From Nitrosopumilaceae archaeon (lineage in GTDB: Archaea; Thermoproteota; Nitrososphaeria; Nitrososphaerales; Nitrosopumilaceae), in the NCBI GenBank assembly GCA_965209085.1, contig OZ242376.1, positions 608,001 through 672,000 on the forward strand: a stretch of DNA of 64,000 nt. Direction: 5' to 3'. Shown one piece after another: positions 1-15,000 of the stretch (position 1 is the first letter of the stretch; the number at the start of each line of letters is the position of its first letter). Both the position numbers and the translations under genes were made by a program. The notes below the pieces were generated by a model. That model saw nothing but the letters and a program-made list of their open reading frames with translations. It did not search any database and was not told the origin of the DNA.

Positions 1-3000
1 TTTGCCATACAGGTTTCAAACGCTGATGGTGCAACCCTGTCTGTAACAGAGAGTATCATATCGCAGAGCAATAACATATTCATCGATACAATCGCACCTG
101 AAATATCCCTCATCGGCAACTCATCTTTTACGGTAATTTTGAATTCAACTGATCCGTTCATCCCTGGTGCAATCATAACTGATGGGGACCCAAACTATCC
201 GAATACCTTTACTATCACAATCAACGGCACTTTGGATACTAGCGTGATAAACTCTACAGTAACGTACACGTATACTGCTGCAGCAGATGGGGCAGGGAAT
301 GCCGGTTCTAGTGTAACACGAACAGTTACAGTGGTTGAGGCTGAACCAATTACAATCAACTCGCTGACTATTGCAAGCTCGTCAGGCACCAATTATGCAA
401 ATGCAAACAAAACCATAACCGTCACACTTGCCACTGATGGTTCGGATCTTGGCAACTTTACTGGAACACTGCTTGGCAGATCATTTACAAATACTACAAA
501 CGGCGGCTCTGCTGAATTTACTGCCACTGTCGTATCCGGCGATGATGGAGATGCCACGTTTTCAATTACCGTGACAAACTCTAGTGGCAGCCAAATTTCA
601 ATAACAAATGCAAACATCACAGACGGCTCATATGTCACAATAGATACGATAAAACCCGTAATTGCCCTGACTGGAGGCAATGATTCTGTACTCCAGGGTG
701 AGACATATCAGGATCCGGGCACCATAGTATCAGATAGTAACAATGCATCATATGCCGGTCCAGTATCTGCCTCATCAATTGACACCTCTACACTTGGCGC
801 AAAAACCATTACCTATACTGGCACAGCAGATGCGGCAGGTAACGAACCGAATCAAATAACTAGAACAGTTACAGTATTGGCAAAACCGCTGGGTCTGAAT
901 TCGCTGACAATTGAATCAAACAACAATGTAAACACCTCTTTTGCCAAAGACGGGGATGTGATTACAGTAACGCTTGTTGCAAACGGCACGATTGGTAATG
1001 CTACAGGGGTAATTGCAGGCAATTCTGCTACATACACTGTCACCGGCAATAATGCATCAGATACGGTAACAGTTGATGGAACCTTTACTGATACTGCCAG
1101 CGTCACATTTTCGATTACCGTATACAACGAGGATAATTCCACATTTAGAACATTTACAAATACAAATCTGACCGGATCAAATATTGCCATAGATACAACT
1201 GCACCTAGTATAACATTAAACGGTGCAAACAACACCATTGTTATCATGAATCAACCATATGAGGATCCAAACGCCACAGCATCTGATACATCATATGCAA
1301 CAGGTAGCGTACAGGTATCCGGAGCTGGCAATGTAAATACTGCACTAGTTGGCAATTATACCCTCACCTATACTGCACCTGATGATTATGCAGGCAATAC
1401 AGGACCTGTCATAACACGGACTGTTACAGTACAGGATGCACCGCCAATAAATGTTAACTCGCTGAGTATTGCAAGCAATTCTGGAAATAATTATGCAAAT
1501 GCGGGCAAAACCGTAACTGTCACTCTTGTAACGGATGGCACAAATCTTAACAGCCTTACTGGAGTCTTGCTTGACAGATCATTTACAAATACTACAACCG
1601 GAGGCTCTGCTACGTTTGCCGGTACAGTCCAGTCCGGCGATGATGGAAATGCCACGTTTTCAATTACCGTGACAAACTCTAGTGGCAGCCAAATTTCAAT
1701 AACAAATGCAAACATCACAGACGGCTCATATGTCACAATAGATACGATAAAACCCGTAATTGCCCTGACTGGAGGCAATGATTCTGTACTCCAGGGTGAG
1801 ACATATCAGGATCCGGGCACAACTGTATCAGATATTAACAATGCATCATATGCAGGTCCCGTATCTGCCACATCAATAAACACCACGATACTTGGCCCAC
1901 AAAACATTACCTATACTGGCACAGCAGATGCGGCAGGTAACGAGCCGAATCAAATAACTAGAATAGTTACAGTATTTGCAAAACCTCTGGGTATAAATTC
2001 GCTGACAATTGAATCAAACAACAATGTAAACACCTCTTTTACCAAAGACGGGGATGTGATTACAGTAACGCTTGTTGCAAACGGCACGATTGGTAATGCT
2101 ACAGGAGTAATTGCAGGAGTAATTGCAAGCAATTCTGTTACATATGCTGTCACCAATAATACTGTATTGGCCACGGTAACAGTTGATGGAACCTTTGCCG
2201 ATACTGCCAGCGTCACATTTTCGATTACCGCATTCAACGAGGATAATTCCACATTTAGAACATTTACAAATGCAAATCTGACTGGATCAAATATTGCCAT
2301 AGATACAACTGCACCTAGCATAACATTAAACGGTGCAAACAACACCTTCGTTGTAACAAATTCCTCCTATACGGATCTAGGTGCCACGGCAACTGATATA
2401 TCATATGCAACAGGTAGCGTACAAGTATCCGGAGTCGGCACTGTAAATATTGCAACATCTGGCAACTATATTCTCACTTATACTGCACCTGATGATCCTG
2501 CAGGAAATCCAGGTAACACCATATCCCGTACTGTGATTGTTTCGGATGCGGCGCCGTTGGTGCTTGTAACTAAATTTATCCACTCTCCGAGTGGAACACT
2601 AACCCGTGGTACTGATTTTCCAACCAATATACCTCCTACTACCATCAATCTGTTTGAAACAAGTGGTAAAACATATGCCTTGTTAGCGGAAGGATCTGGC
2701 GGAGCATGGATTATTGCAGACGTTACAAATCCTGCATCACCTAGTGTAGTATTTAATAATGCCAGTTTCACACCTACATACAAAACATCCATCTTTACAA
2801 TAGATAATACCCAATATGCCATAGCTGCAGGCGGTATCGGCATTACTAGTATACTCGACATCAGCTCACCTGCATCCCCATCTGTTATTACAACACTTGT
2901 AAACGGCACAGACTATCCGCGACTATACAATGCACAAAGCGTTACAACCGTAACAATAGGTGCCTCAACTTTTGCACTGTTTGCATCTGGCAATCCTACA

Positions 3001-6000
3001 AACGGCGTCCAAATCATAGACGTTACAAACCCCCACAGCCCATCACATGTATCCTACCTTACCGATGATACGGATGGTTATTTGGAACTAGGAGGCGCAT
3101 TTGACATTACCACTGTAATAATCGGTGCATCAGTTTATGCCTTGGTGGCATCCAATAATGATGATGGCGTCCAAATCATAGACATTACAGACCCATACAA
3201 CCCATCAAATACATCAAGTGTAACAGATGGAATGGATGGCTATGATAAACTAGATGGTGCATATGGCATCACCACCGTAACTGTAGGATCATCAGTTTAT
3301 GCCTTGGTGGCATCCTTTAATGATGATAGCATCCAAATCATAAACATTACAGACCCATACAACCCATCAAATGCATCAAGCGTAACAGATGGAATAGATG
3401 GCTATGATGAACTAGATGGTCCATATAGGATCACCACCGTAACTGTAGGATCATCAGTTTATGCTTTGACAGTATCCATTATTGATGATGGCGTCCAAAT
3501 CATAGACATTACAGACCCATACAACCCCCAACCTGCATATTCTCCCACGGATAATACTGGCGGTTATGTAAATCTGGATAACCCAAGAGATGTCATTACT
3601 ACAACCATAAATGGCACAACATATGCATTTATAGCCTCAAATAATGACGGTCTCCAAATCATAAAACTGGAATCTGCACCACTGACTATATCTAGTAGCA
3701 ATACAAATCCAACATATGCCAAAACAGGTGATACACTCACCGTACAATTTACCGTAAATGACACAATCTCATCTAATTCAAGCCAAATACTGGGATTAAC
3801 CCCCACCGTATCCATAAGCGGTGCCGATTTTAGTGCAGCAATAACTGTACCCTCTGTACAAACAGAATCGTATGCAACCTTTGCAATACAGGTTTCAAAC
3901 ACTAATGGTGCAACCCTGTCTGTAACAGAGAGTGGCATATCGCAGAGTAGCAATATATTCATCGATACAATCGCACCTGAAATATCCCTCATCGGCAACT
4001 CATCTTTTACGGTAATTTTGAATTCAACTGATCCGTTCATCCCTGGTGCAATCATAACTGATGGGGACCCAAACTATCCGGATACCTTTACTATCACAAT
4101 CAACGGCACTTTGGACACTGGCGTGATAAACTCTACAGTAACGTATACGTATACTGCAGCTACTGATGGGGCAGGAAATGCCGGTTCTAGTGTAACACGA
4201 ACAGTTACAGTGGTTGAGGCTGAACCAATTACAATCAACTCGCTGACTATTGCAAGCTCATCAGGCACCAATTATGCAAATGCAGGCAAAACCATAACTG
4301 TCACACTTGCCACTGATGGTTCGGATCTTGGCAACTTTACTGGAACACTGCTTGGTAGATCATTTACAAATACTACAAACGGCGGCTCTGCTGAATTTAC
4401 TGCCACTGTCGTATCCGGCGATGATGGAGATGCCGCGTTTTCAATTACCGTGACAAACTCTAGTGGCAACCAAATTTCAATAACAAATGCAAACATCACA
4501 GACAGCTCATCTGTCACAATAGATACGATAAAACCCGTAATTGTTTTGACTGGCGGTGTAGGTTCTGTATTCCAGGGTGAGACATATCAGGATCCGGGCA
4601 CAACTGTATCAGATGGTAACAATACATCATATGCCGGTTCTGTATCTGCCTCATCAATTAACACCTCTACACTTGGTGTAAAAATCATTACCTATACTGG
4701 CACAGCAGATGCGGCAGGTAACGAGCCGGATCAAATAACTAGAATAGTTACAGTATTGGCAAAACCTCTGGGTATAAATTCGCTGACAATTGAATCAAAC
4801 AACAATGTAAACACCTCTTTTGCCAAAGACGGGGATGTGATTACAGTAACGCTTGTTGCAAACGGCACGATTGATTATGCAATAGGAACAATTGCCAGCA
4901 ATTCTGCTACATACACTGTCACCGGCAATAATGCATCAGTTATGGTAACAGTTGATGGAACCTTTACCGATACTGCCAGCGTCACATTTTCGATTACCGT
5001 ATACAACGAGGATAATTCCACATTTAGAGTATTTACAAATACAGACCTGACTGGATCAAATATTGCCATAGATACAACTGCACCTAGTATAACATTAAAC
5101 GGTGCAAACAACACCATTGTTAACATGAATCAACCATATGAGGATCCAAACGCCACAGCATCTGATGCATCATATGCAACAGGTAGCGTACAGGTATCCG
5201 GAGCCGGCAATGTAGATACTACAACAAATGCCATCTATACTCTCACTTATACTGCACCTGATGATCCTGCAGGTAATATTGGACCGGTCATAACACGGAC
5301 TGTTACAGTACATGATGCACCGCCAATAAATGTTAACTCGCTGAGTATTGCAAGCAATTCTGGAAATAATTATGCAAATGAGAGCAAAACTGTAACCGTC
5401 ACTCTTGTAACGGATGGTACAAATCTTAACAGCCTTACTGGAGTCTTGCTTGGCAGATCATTTACAAATACTACAACCGGGGGCTCTGCTACGTTTACCG
5501 GTACAGTCCAGTCCGGCGATGACGGAAATGCCACGTTTTCAATTACTGCTACAAACTCTAGTGGCAGCCAAATTTCAATAACAAATGCTGACATCACAGA
5601 TGGCTCATATGTCACAATAGATACGATAAAACCCGTAATTAACCTGACTGGAGGCAATGATTTTGTACTCCAGGGTGAGACATATCAGGATCCGGGCACA
5701 ACTGTATCAGATGATGGCAATGCATCATATGCCGGTCCAGTATCTGCCTCATCAATTGACACCTCTACACTTGGCGCAAAAACCATTACCTATACTGGCA
5801 CAGCGGATGCGGCAGGTAACGAGCCGAATCAAATAACTAGAATAGTTACAGTATTGGCAAAACCTTTGGGTATAAATTCGCTGACAATTGAATCAAATAA
5901 CAATGTAAACACCTCTTTTGCCAAAGACGGGGATGTGATTACAGTAACGCTTGCTGTAAACGGCACGATTGGTAATGTTACAGGAGTAATTGCAGGCAAT

Positions 6001-9000
6001 TCTGCTACATACAATGTCACTGGCAATAATGCATCAGCTACGGTAACAGTTGATGGAGCCTTTACTGATACTGTCAGCGTCACATTTTCGATTACCGCAT
6101 ACAACGAGGATAATTCCACATTTAGAACATTTACAAATACAGACCTGACTGGATCAAATATTGCCATAGATACAACTGCACCTAGTATAACATTAAACGG
6201 TGCAAACAATACTCTAGTTTTCACAAATTCCACATATGTGGATAAAAACGCCACAGCATCTGATGCATCATATGCAACAGGTAGCGTACAGGTATCCGGA
6301 GCCGGCACTGTAAATACTGCAACAGCTGGCAATTATACCCTCACTTATACTGCACCTGTTGATCCTGCAGGTAATATTGGACCTGTCATAACACGGACTG
6401 TTACAGTACAGAATGCACCGCCAATAAATGTTAACTCGCTGAGTATTGCAAGCAATTCTGGAAATAATTATGCAAATGCGGGCAAAACTGTAACCGTCAC
6501 TCTTGTAACGGATGGTACAAATCTTAACAGCCTTACTGGAGTCTTGCTTGGCAGATCATTTACAAATACTACAACCGGGGGCTCTGCTACGTTTACCGGT
6601 ACAGTCCAGTCCGGCGATGATGGAAATGCCACGTTTTCAATTACTGCTACAAACTCTAGTGGCAACAAAATCACATTAACAAATAGTGATATCACAGATA
6701 GCTCATCTATCATAATAGATACGATAAAACCCGTAATTAACCTGACTGGAGGCAATGATTCTGTACTCCAGGGTGAGACATATCCGGATCCGGGCACAAC
6801 TGTATCAGATGATGGCAATGCATCATATGCCGGTCCAGTATCTGCCTCATCAATTGACACCTCTACACTTGGCGCAAAAACCATTACCTATACTGGCACA
6901 GCAGATGCGGCAGGTAACGAGCCGGATCAAATAACTAGAATAGTTACAGTATTTGCAAAACCTCTGGGTATAAATTCGCTAACAATTGAATCAAATAACA
7001 ATGTAAACACCTCTTTTGCCAAAGACGGGGATGTGATTACAGTAACGCTTGTTGCAAACGGCACGATTGGTAATGCTACAGGGGTAATTGCAGGCAATTC
7101 TGCTACATACACTGTCACCGGCAATAATGCATCAGCTACGGTAACAGTTGATGGAACCTTTACTGATACTGCCAGCGTCACATTTTCGATTACCGTATAC
7201 AACGAGGATAATTCCACATTTAGAACATTTACAAATACAAATCTGACCGGATCAAATATTGCCATAGATACAACTGCACCTAGTATAACATTAAACGGTG
7301 CAAACAACACCATTGTTATCATGAATCAACCATATGAGGATCCAAACGCCACAGCATCTGATACATCATATGCAACAGGTAGCGTACAGGTATCCGGAGC
7401 TGGCAATGTAAATACTGCACTAGTTGGCAATTATACCCTCACCTATACTGCACCTGATGATTATGCAGGCAATACAGGACCTGTCATAACACGGACTGTT
7501 ACAGTACAGGATGCACCGCCAATAAATGTTAACTCGCTGAGTATTGCAAGCAATTCTGGAAATAATTATGCAAATGCGGGCAAAACCGTAACTGTCACTC
7601 TTGTAACGGATGGCACAAATCTTAACAGCCTTACTGGAGTCTTGCTTGACAGATCATTTACAAATACTACAACCGGAGGCTCTGCTACGTTTGCCGGTAC
7701 AGTCCAGTCCGGCGATGATGGAAATGCCACGTTTTCAATTACCGTGACAAACTCTAGTGGCAGCCAAATTTCAATAACAAATGCAAACATCACAGACGGC
7801 TCATATGTCACAATAGATACGATAAAACCCGTAATTGCCCTGACTGGAGGCAATGATTCTGTACTCCAGGGTGAGACATATCAGGATCCGGGCACAACTG
7901 TATCAGATATTAACAATGCATCATATGCAGGTCCCGTATCTGCCACATCAATAAACACCACGATACTTGGCCCACAAAACATTACCTATACTGGCACAGC
8001 AGATGCGGCAGGTAACGAGCCGAATCAAATAACTAGAATAGTTACAGTATTTGCAAAACCTCTGGGTATAAATTCGCTGACAATTGAATCAAACAACAAT
8101 GTAAACACCTCTTTTACCAAAGACGGGGATGTGATTACAGTAACGCTTGTTGCAAACGGCACGATTGGTAATGCTACAGGAGTAATTGCAAGCAATTCTG
8201 TTACATATGCTGTCACCAATAATACTGTATTGGCCACGGTAACAGTTGATGGAACCTTTGCCGATACTGCCAGCGTCACATTTTCGATTACCGCATTCAA
8301 CGAGGATAATTCCACATTTAGAACATTTACAAATGCAAATCTGACTGGATCAAATATTGCCATAGATACAACTGCACCTAGCATAACATTAAACGGTGCA
8401 AACAACACCTTCGTTGTAACAAATTCCTCCTATACGGATCTAGGTGCCACGGCAACTGATATATCATATGCAACAGGTAGCGTACAAGTATCCGGAGTCG
8501 GCACTGTAAATATTGCAACATCTGGCAACTATATTCTCACTTATACTGCACCTGATGATCCTGCAGGAAATCCAGGTAACACCATATCCCGTACTGTGAT
8601 TGTTTCGGATGCGGCGCCGTTGGTGCTTGTAACTAAATTTATCCACTCTCCGAGTGGAACACTAACCCGTGGTACTGATTTTCCAACCAATATACCTCCT
8701 ACTACCATCAATCTGTTTGAAACAAGTGGTAAAACATATGCCTTGTTAGCGGAAGGATCTGGCGGAGCATGGATTATTGCAGACGTTACAAATCCTGCAT
8801 CACCTAGTGTAGTATTTAATAATGCCAGTTTCACACCTACATACAAAACATCCATCTTTACAATAGATAATACCCAATATGCCATAGCTGCAGGCGGTAT
8901 CGGCATTACTAGTATACTCGACATCAGCTCACCTGCATCCCCATCTGTTATTACAACACTTGTAAACGGCACAGACTATCCGCGACTATACAATGCACAA

Positions 9001-12000
9001 AGCGTTACAACCGTAACAATAGGTGCCTCAACTTTTGCACTGTTTGCATCTGGCAATCCTACAAACGGCGTCCAAATCATAGACGTTACAAACCCCCACA
9101 GCCCATCACATGTATCCTACCTTACCGATGATACGGATGGTTATTTGGAACTAGGAGGCGCATTTGACATTACCACTGTAATAATCGGTGCATCAGTTTA
9201 TGCCTTGGTGGCATCCAATAATGATGATGGCGTCCAAATCATAGACATTACAGACCCATACAACCCATCAAATACATCAAGTGTAACAGATGGAATGGAT
9301 GGCTATGATAAACTAGATGGTGCATATGGCATCACCACCGTAACTGTAGGATCATCAGTTTATGCCTTGGTGGCATCCTTTAATGATGATAGCATCCAAA
9401 TCATAAACATTACAGACCCATACAACCCATCAAATGCATCAAGCGTAACAGATGGAATAGATGGCTATGATGAACTAGATGGTCCATATAGGATCACCAC
9501 CGTAACTGTAGGATCATCAGTTTATGCTTTGACAGTATCCATTATTGATGATGGCGTCCAAATCATAGACATTACAGACCCATACAACCCCCAACCTGCA
9601 TATTCTCCCACGGATAATACTGGCGGTTATGTAAATCTGGATAACCCAAGAGATGTCATTACTACAACCATAAATGGCACAACATATGCATTTATAGCCT
9701 CAAATAATGACGGTCTCCAAATCATAAAACTGGAATCTGCACCACTGACTATATCTAGTAGCAATACAAATCCAACATATGCCAAAACAGGTGATACACT
9801 CACCGTACAATTTACCGTAAATGACACAATCTCATCTAATTCAAGCCAAATACTGGGATTAACCCCCACCGTATCCATAAGCGGTGCCGATTTTAGTGCA
9901 GCAATAACTGTACCCTCTGTACAAACAGAATCGTATGCAACCTTTGCAATACAGGTTTCAAACACTAATGGTGCAACCCTGTCTGTAACAGAGAGTGGCA
10001 TATCGCAGAGTAGCAATATATTCATCGATACAATCGCACCTGAAATATCCCTCATCGGCAACTCATCTTTTACGGTAATTTTGAATTCAACTGATCCGTT
10101 CATCCCTGGTGCAATCATAACTGATGGGGACCCAAACTATCCGGATACCTTTACTATCACAATCAACGGCACTTTGGACACTGGCGTGATAAACTCTACA
10201 GTAACGTATACGTATACTGCAGCTACTGATGGGGCAGGAAATGCCGGTTCTAGTGTAACACGAACAGTTACAGTGGTTGAGGCTGAACCAATTACAATCA
10301 ACTCGCTGACTATTGCAAGCTCATCAGGCACCAATTATGCAAATGCAGGCAAAACCATAACTGTCACACTTGCCACTGATGGTTCGGATCTTGGCAACTT
10401 TACTGGAACACTGCTTGGTAGATCATTTACAAATACTACAAACGGCGGCTCTGCTGAATTTACTGCCACTGTCGTATCCGGCGATGATGGAGATGCCGCG
10501 TTTTCAATTACCGTGACAAACTCTAGTGGCAACCAAATTTCAATAACAAATGCAAACATCACAGACAGCTCATCTGTCACAATAGATACGATAAAACCCG
10601 TAATTGTTTTGACTGGCGGTGTAGGTTCTGTATTCCAGGGTGAGACATATCAGGATCCGGGCACAACTGTATCAGATGGTAACAATACATCATATGCCGG
10701 TTCTGTATCTGCCTCATCAATTAACACCTCTACACTTGGTGTAAAAATCATTACCTATACTGGCACAGCAGATGCGGCAGGTAACGAGCCGGATCAAATA
10801 ACTAGAATAGTTACAGTATTGGCAAAACCTCTGGGTATAAATTCGCTGACAATTGAATCAAACAACAATGTAAACACCTCTTTTGCCAAAGACGGGGATG
10901 TGATTACAGTAACGCTTGTTGCAAACGGCACGATTGATTATGCAATAGGAACAATTGCCAGCAATTCTGCTACATACACTGTCACCGGCAATAATGCATC
11001 AGTTATGGTAACAGTTGATGGAACCTTTACCGATACTGCCAGCGTCACATTTTCGATTACCGTATACAACGAGGATAATTCCACATTTAGAGTATTTACA
11101 AATACAGACCTGACTGGATCAAATATTGCCATAGATACAACTGCACCTAGTATAACATTAAACGGTGCAAACAACACCATTGTTAACATGAATCAACCAT
11201 ATGAGGATCCAAACGCCACAGCATCTGATGCATCATATGCAACAGGTAGCGTACAGGTATCCGGAGCCGGCAATGTAGATACTACAACAAATGCCATCTA
11301 TACTCTCACTTATACTGCACCTGATGATCCTGCAGGTAATATTGGACCGGTCATAACACGGACTGTTACAGTACATGATGCACCGCCAATAAATGTTAAC
11401 TCGCTGAGTATTGCAAGCAATTCTGGAAATAATTATGCAAATGAGAGCAAAACTGTAACCGTCACTCTTGTAACGGATGGTACAAATCTTAACAGCCTTA
11501 CTGGAGTCTTGCTTGGCAGATCATTTACAAATACTACAACCGGGGGCTCTGCTACGTTTACCGGTACAGTCCAGTCCGGCGATGACGGAAATGCCACGTT
11601 TTCAATTACTGCTACAAACTCTAGTGGCAGCCAAATTTCAATAACAAATGCTGACATCACAGATGGCTCATATGTCACAATAGATACGATAAAACCCGTA
11701 ATTAACCTGACTGGAGGCAATGATTTTGTACTCCAGGGTGAGACATATCAGGATCCGGGCACAACTGTATCAGATGATGGCAATGCATCATATGCCGGTC
11801 CAGTATCTGCCTCATCAATTGACACCTCTACACTTGGCGCAAAAACCATTACCTATACTGGCACAGCGGATGCGGCAGGTAACGAGCCGAATCAAATAAC
11901 TAGAATAGTTACAGTATTGGCAAAACCTTTGGGTATAAATTCGCTGATAATTGAATCAAACAACAGTGTAAACACCTCTTTTGCCAAAGACGGGGATGTG

Positions 12001-15000
12001 ATTACAGTAACGCTTGCTGTAAACGGCACGATTGGTAATGTTACAGGAGTAATTGCAGGCAATTCTGCTACATACAATGTCACTGGCAATAATGCATCAG
12101 CTACGGTAACAGTTGATGGAGCCTTTACTGATACTGTCAGCGTCACATTTTCGATTACCGCATACAACGAGGATAATTCCACATTTAGAACATTTACAAA
12201 TACAGACCTGACTGGATCAAATATTGCCATAGATACAACTGCACCTAGTATAACATTAAACGGTGCAAACAATACTCTAGTTTTCACAAATTCCACATAT
12301 GTGGATAAAAACGCCACAGCATCTGATGCATCATATGCAACAGGTAGCGTACAGGTATCCGGAGCCGGCACTGTAAATACTGCAACAGCTGGCAATTATA
12401 CCCTCACTTATACTGCACCTGTTGATCCTGCAGGTAATATTGGACCTGTCATAACACGGACTGTTACAGTACAGAATGCACCGCCAATAAATGTTAACTC
12501 GCTGAGTATTGCAAGCAATTCTGGAAATAATTATGCAAATGCGGGCAAAACTGTAACCGTCACTCTTGTAACGGATGGTACAAATCTTAACAGCCTTACT
12601 GGAGTCTTGCTTGGCAGATCATTTACAAATACTACAACCGGGGGCTCTGCTACGTTTACCGGTACAGTCCAGTCCGGCGATGATGGAAATGCCACGTTTT
12701 CAATTACTGCTACAAACTCTAGTGGCAACAAAATCACATTAACAAATAGTGATATCACAGATAGCTCATCTATCATAATAGATACGATAAAACCCGTAAT
12801 TAACCTGACTGGAGGCAATGATTCTGTACTCCAGGGTGAGACATATCAGGATCCGGGCACAACTGTATCAGATGATGGCAATGCATCATATGCCGGTCCA
12901 GTATCTGCCTCATCAATTGACACCTCTACACTTGGCACAAAAACCATTACCTATACTGGCACAGCAGATGCGGCAGGTAACGAGCCGAATCAAATAACTA
13001 GAATAGTTACAGTATTTGCAAAACCTCTGGGTATAAATTCGCTGACAATTGAATCAAACAACAATGTAAACACCTCTTTTGCCAAAGACGGGGATGTGAT
13101 TACAGTAACGCTTGTTGCAAACGGCACGATTGGTAATGTTACAGGGGTAATTGTAGGCAATTCTGCTACATACACTGTCACCGGCAATAATGCATCAGCT
13201 ACGGTAACAGTTGATGGAACCTTTGCCGATACTGCCAGCGTCACATTTTCGATTAACGCATCCAACGCGGATAATCTTGCATATAAAATATTTACAGATA
13301 CAAATCTGACTGGATCAAATATTGCCATAGATACAACTGCACCTAGTATAACATTAAACGGTGCAAACAACACCATTGTTTTCACAAATTCCACATATGT
13401 GGATAAAAACGCCACAGCATCTGATACATCATATGCAACAGGTAGCGTACAGGTATCCGGAGTCGGCAATGTAAATATTGCAACATCTGGCAACTATATT
13501 CTCACTTATACTGCACCTGATGATCCTGCAGGAAATCCAGGTAACACCATATCCCGTACTGTGATTGTTTCGGATGTGGCGCCGTTGATGCTTGAAACTA
13601 AATTTATCCACTCTCCGAGTGGAACACTAACAAGAGATACTGATTTTGCATTCAATATAATTACTAGAAGCATCAATCTGTTTGAAACAAGTGATAAAAC
13701 ATATGCTTTGTTAACGCGAGGATCTACCGGAGCATGGATTATTGCAGACGTTACAAATCCTGCATTACCTAGTATAGTATTTAGTAATATCTCTTTCGCA
13801 TCTGCATACAAAACATCCATCATTACAATAGATAATACCACATATGCCATAGCTGCAGGTGGTAAAGATTCTACTCGTATAATCGACATCAGCTCACCTG
13901 CATCCCCCTCTGTTATTGCAACACTTGTAAACGGCACAGACTATCCGCGACTATACAATGCACAAAGCGTTACAACCGTAACAATAGGTGCCTCAACTTT
14001 TGCACTGTTTGCATCGGACCATCCTTCAAACGGCGTCCAAATCATAAACGTTACAAACCCTCACAACCCCTTACCTGTATCACACATCACCGATAATGTG
14101 GATGGTTATTCGAAACTAGCAGGCGCACATGACATCACCACTGTAACAATCGGTACATCAGTTTATGCCTTGGCGGTAGGCTTTTCGGATTCTAGCGTCC
14201 AAATCATAAACATTACAGACCCATACAACCCATCAAATGCATCAAGCGTAACAGACGGAAATGAAGGCTATGATACACTATATGGTCCAATTAGCATCAC
14301 CACCGTAACTGTAGGATCATCCGTTTATGCCTTGGTGGCATCCCTTTATGATGATGGCGTCCAAATCATAAACATTACAGACCCATACAACCCATCAAAT
14401 GCATCAAGCGTAACAGACGGAAATGAAGGCTATGATACACTAGATGCTCCATATAGCATCACCACCGTAACTGTAGGATCATCCGTTTATGCCTTGGTGG
14501 CATCCCTTTATGATGATGGCGTCCAAATCATAAACATTACAGACCCATACAACCCCAAACCTGCATCTTCCATCGTGGATAATACTGGCGGTTATACAAA
14601 TCTAGAAAACCCAAGAGCTGTTATTACTGCAACCATAAATGGCACAACATATGCATTTATAGCCTCAAATGCTGAGGGTCTCCAAATCATAAAACTGGAA
14701 TCACCACCACCGGTTAACATAACTAGCAACAATACAAATCCAGCATATGCAAAAACAGGCGATACACTCACCGTACAATTTACCATAAATGACACAATCT
14801 CATCTCATACAAGCCAAATACTGGGATTAACCCCTAATGTAGCCCTAGATGGTGCCAATTATAGTGCCACATTAACCGTACCCTCTGTACAAACAGAATC
14901 GTATGCAACCTTTGCCATACAGGTTTCAAACGCTGATGGTGCAACCCTGTCTGTAACAGAGAGTATCATATCGCAGAGCAATAACATATTCATCGATACA

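Larger units (their letters stand above)
852..13000 (+). repeat. Tandem near-identical repeat with 6,063/6,075-bp period, built from a 1,098-bp (366-aa) four-domain unit
   Basis: Offsets 2401/8464 (6063) and 852/6927 (6075); the difference is a 12-bp GGAGTAATTGCA duplication near 2104; 393/1491 gives 1098. Confidence 0.93.

Noticed and set aside
139-141. Track start codon of the giant ORF
   Set aside because: It is an internal TTG (Leu); the frame is open upstream and the same sequence is internal at 15049.
2569-14700. Diversity-generating retroelement as the source of propeller variation
   Set aside because: No reverse transcriptase or non-coding template repeat in the window, and the differences are not restricted to adenines.
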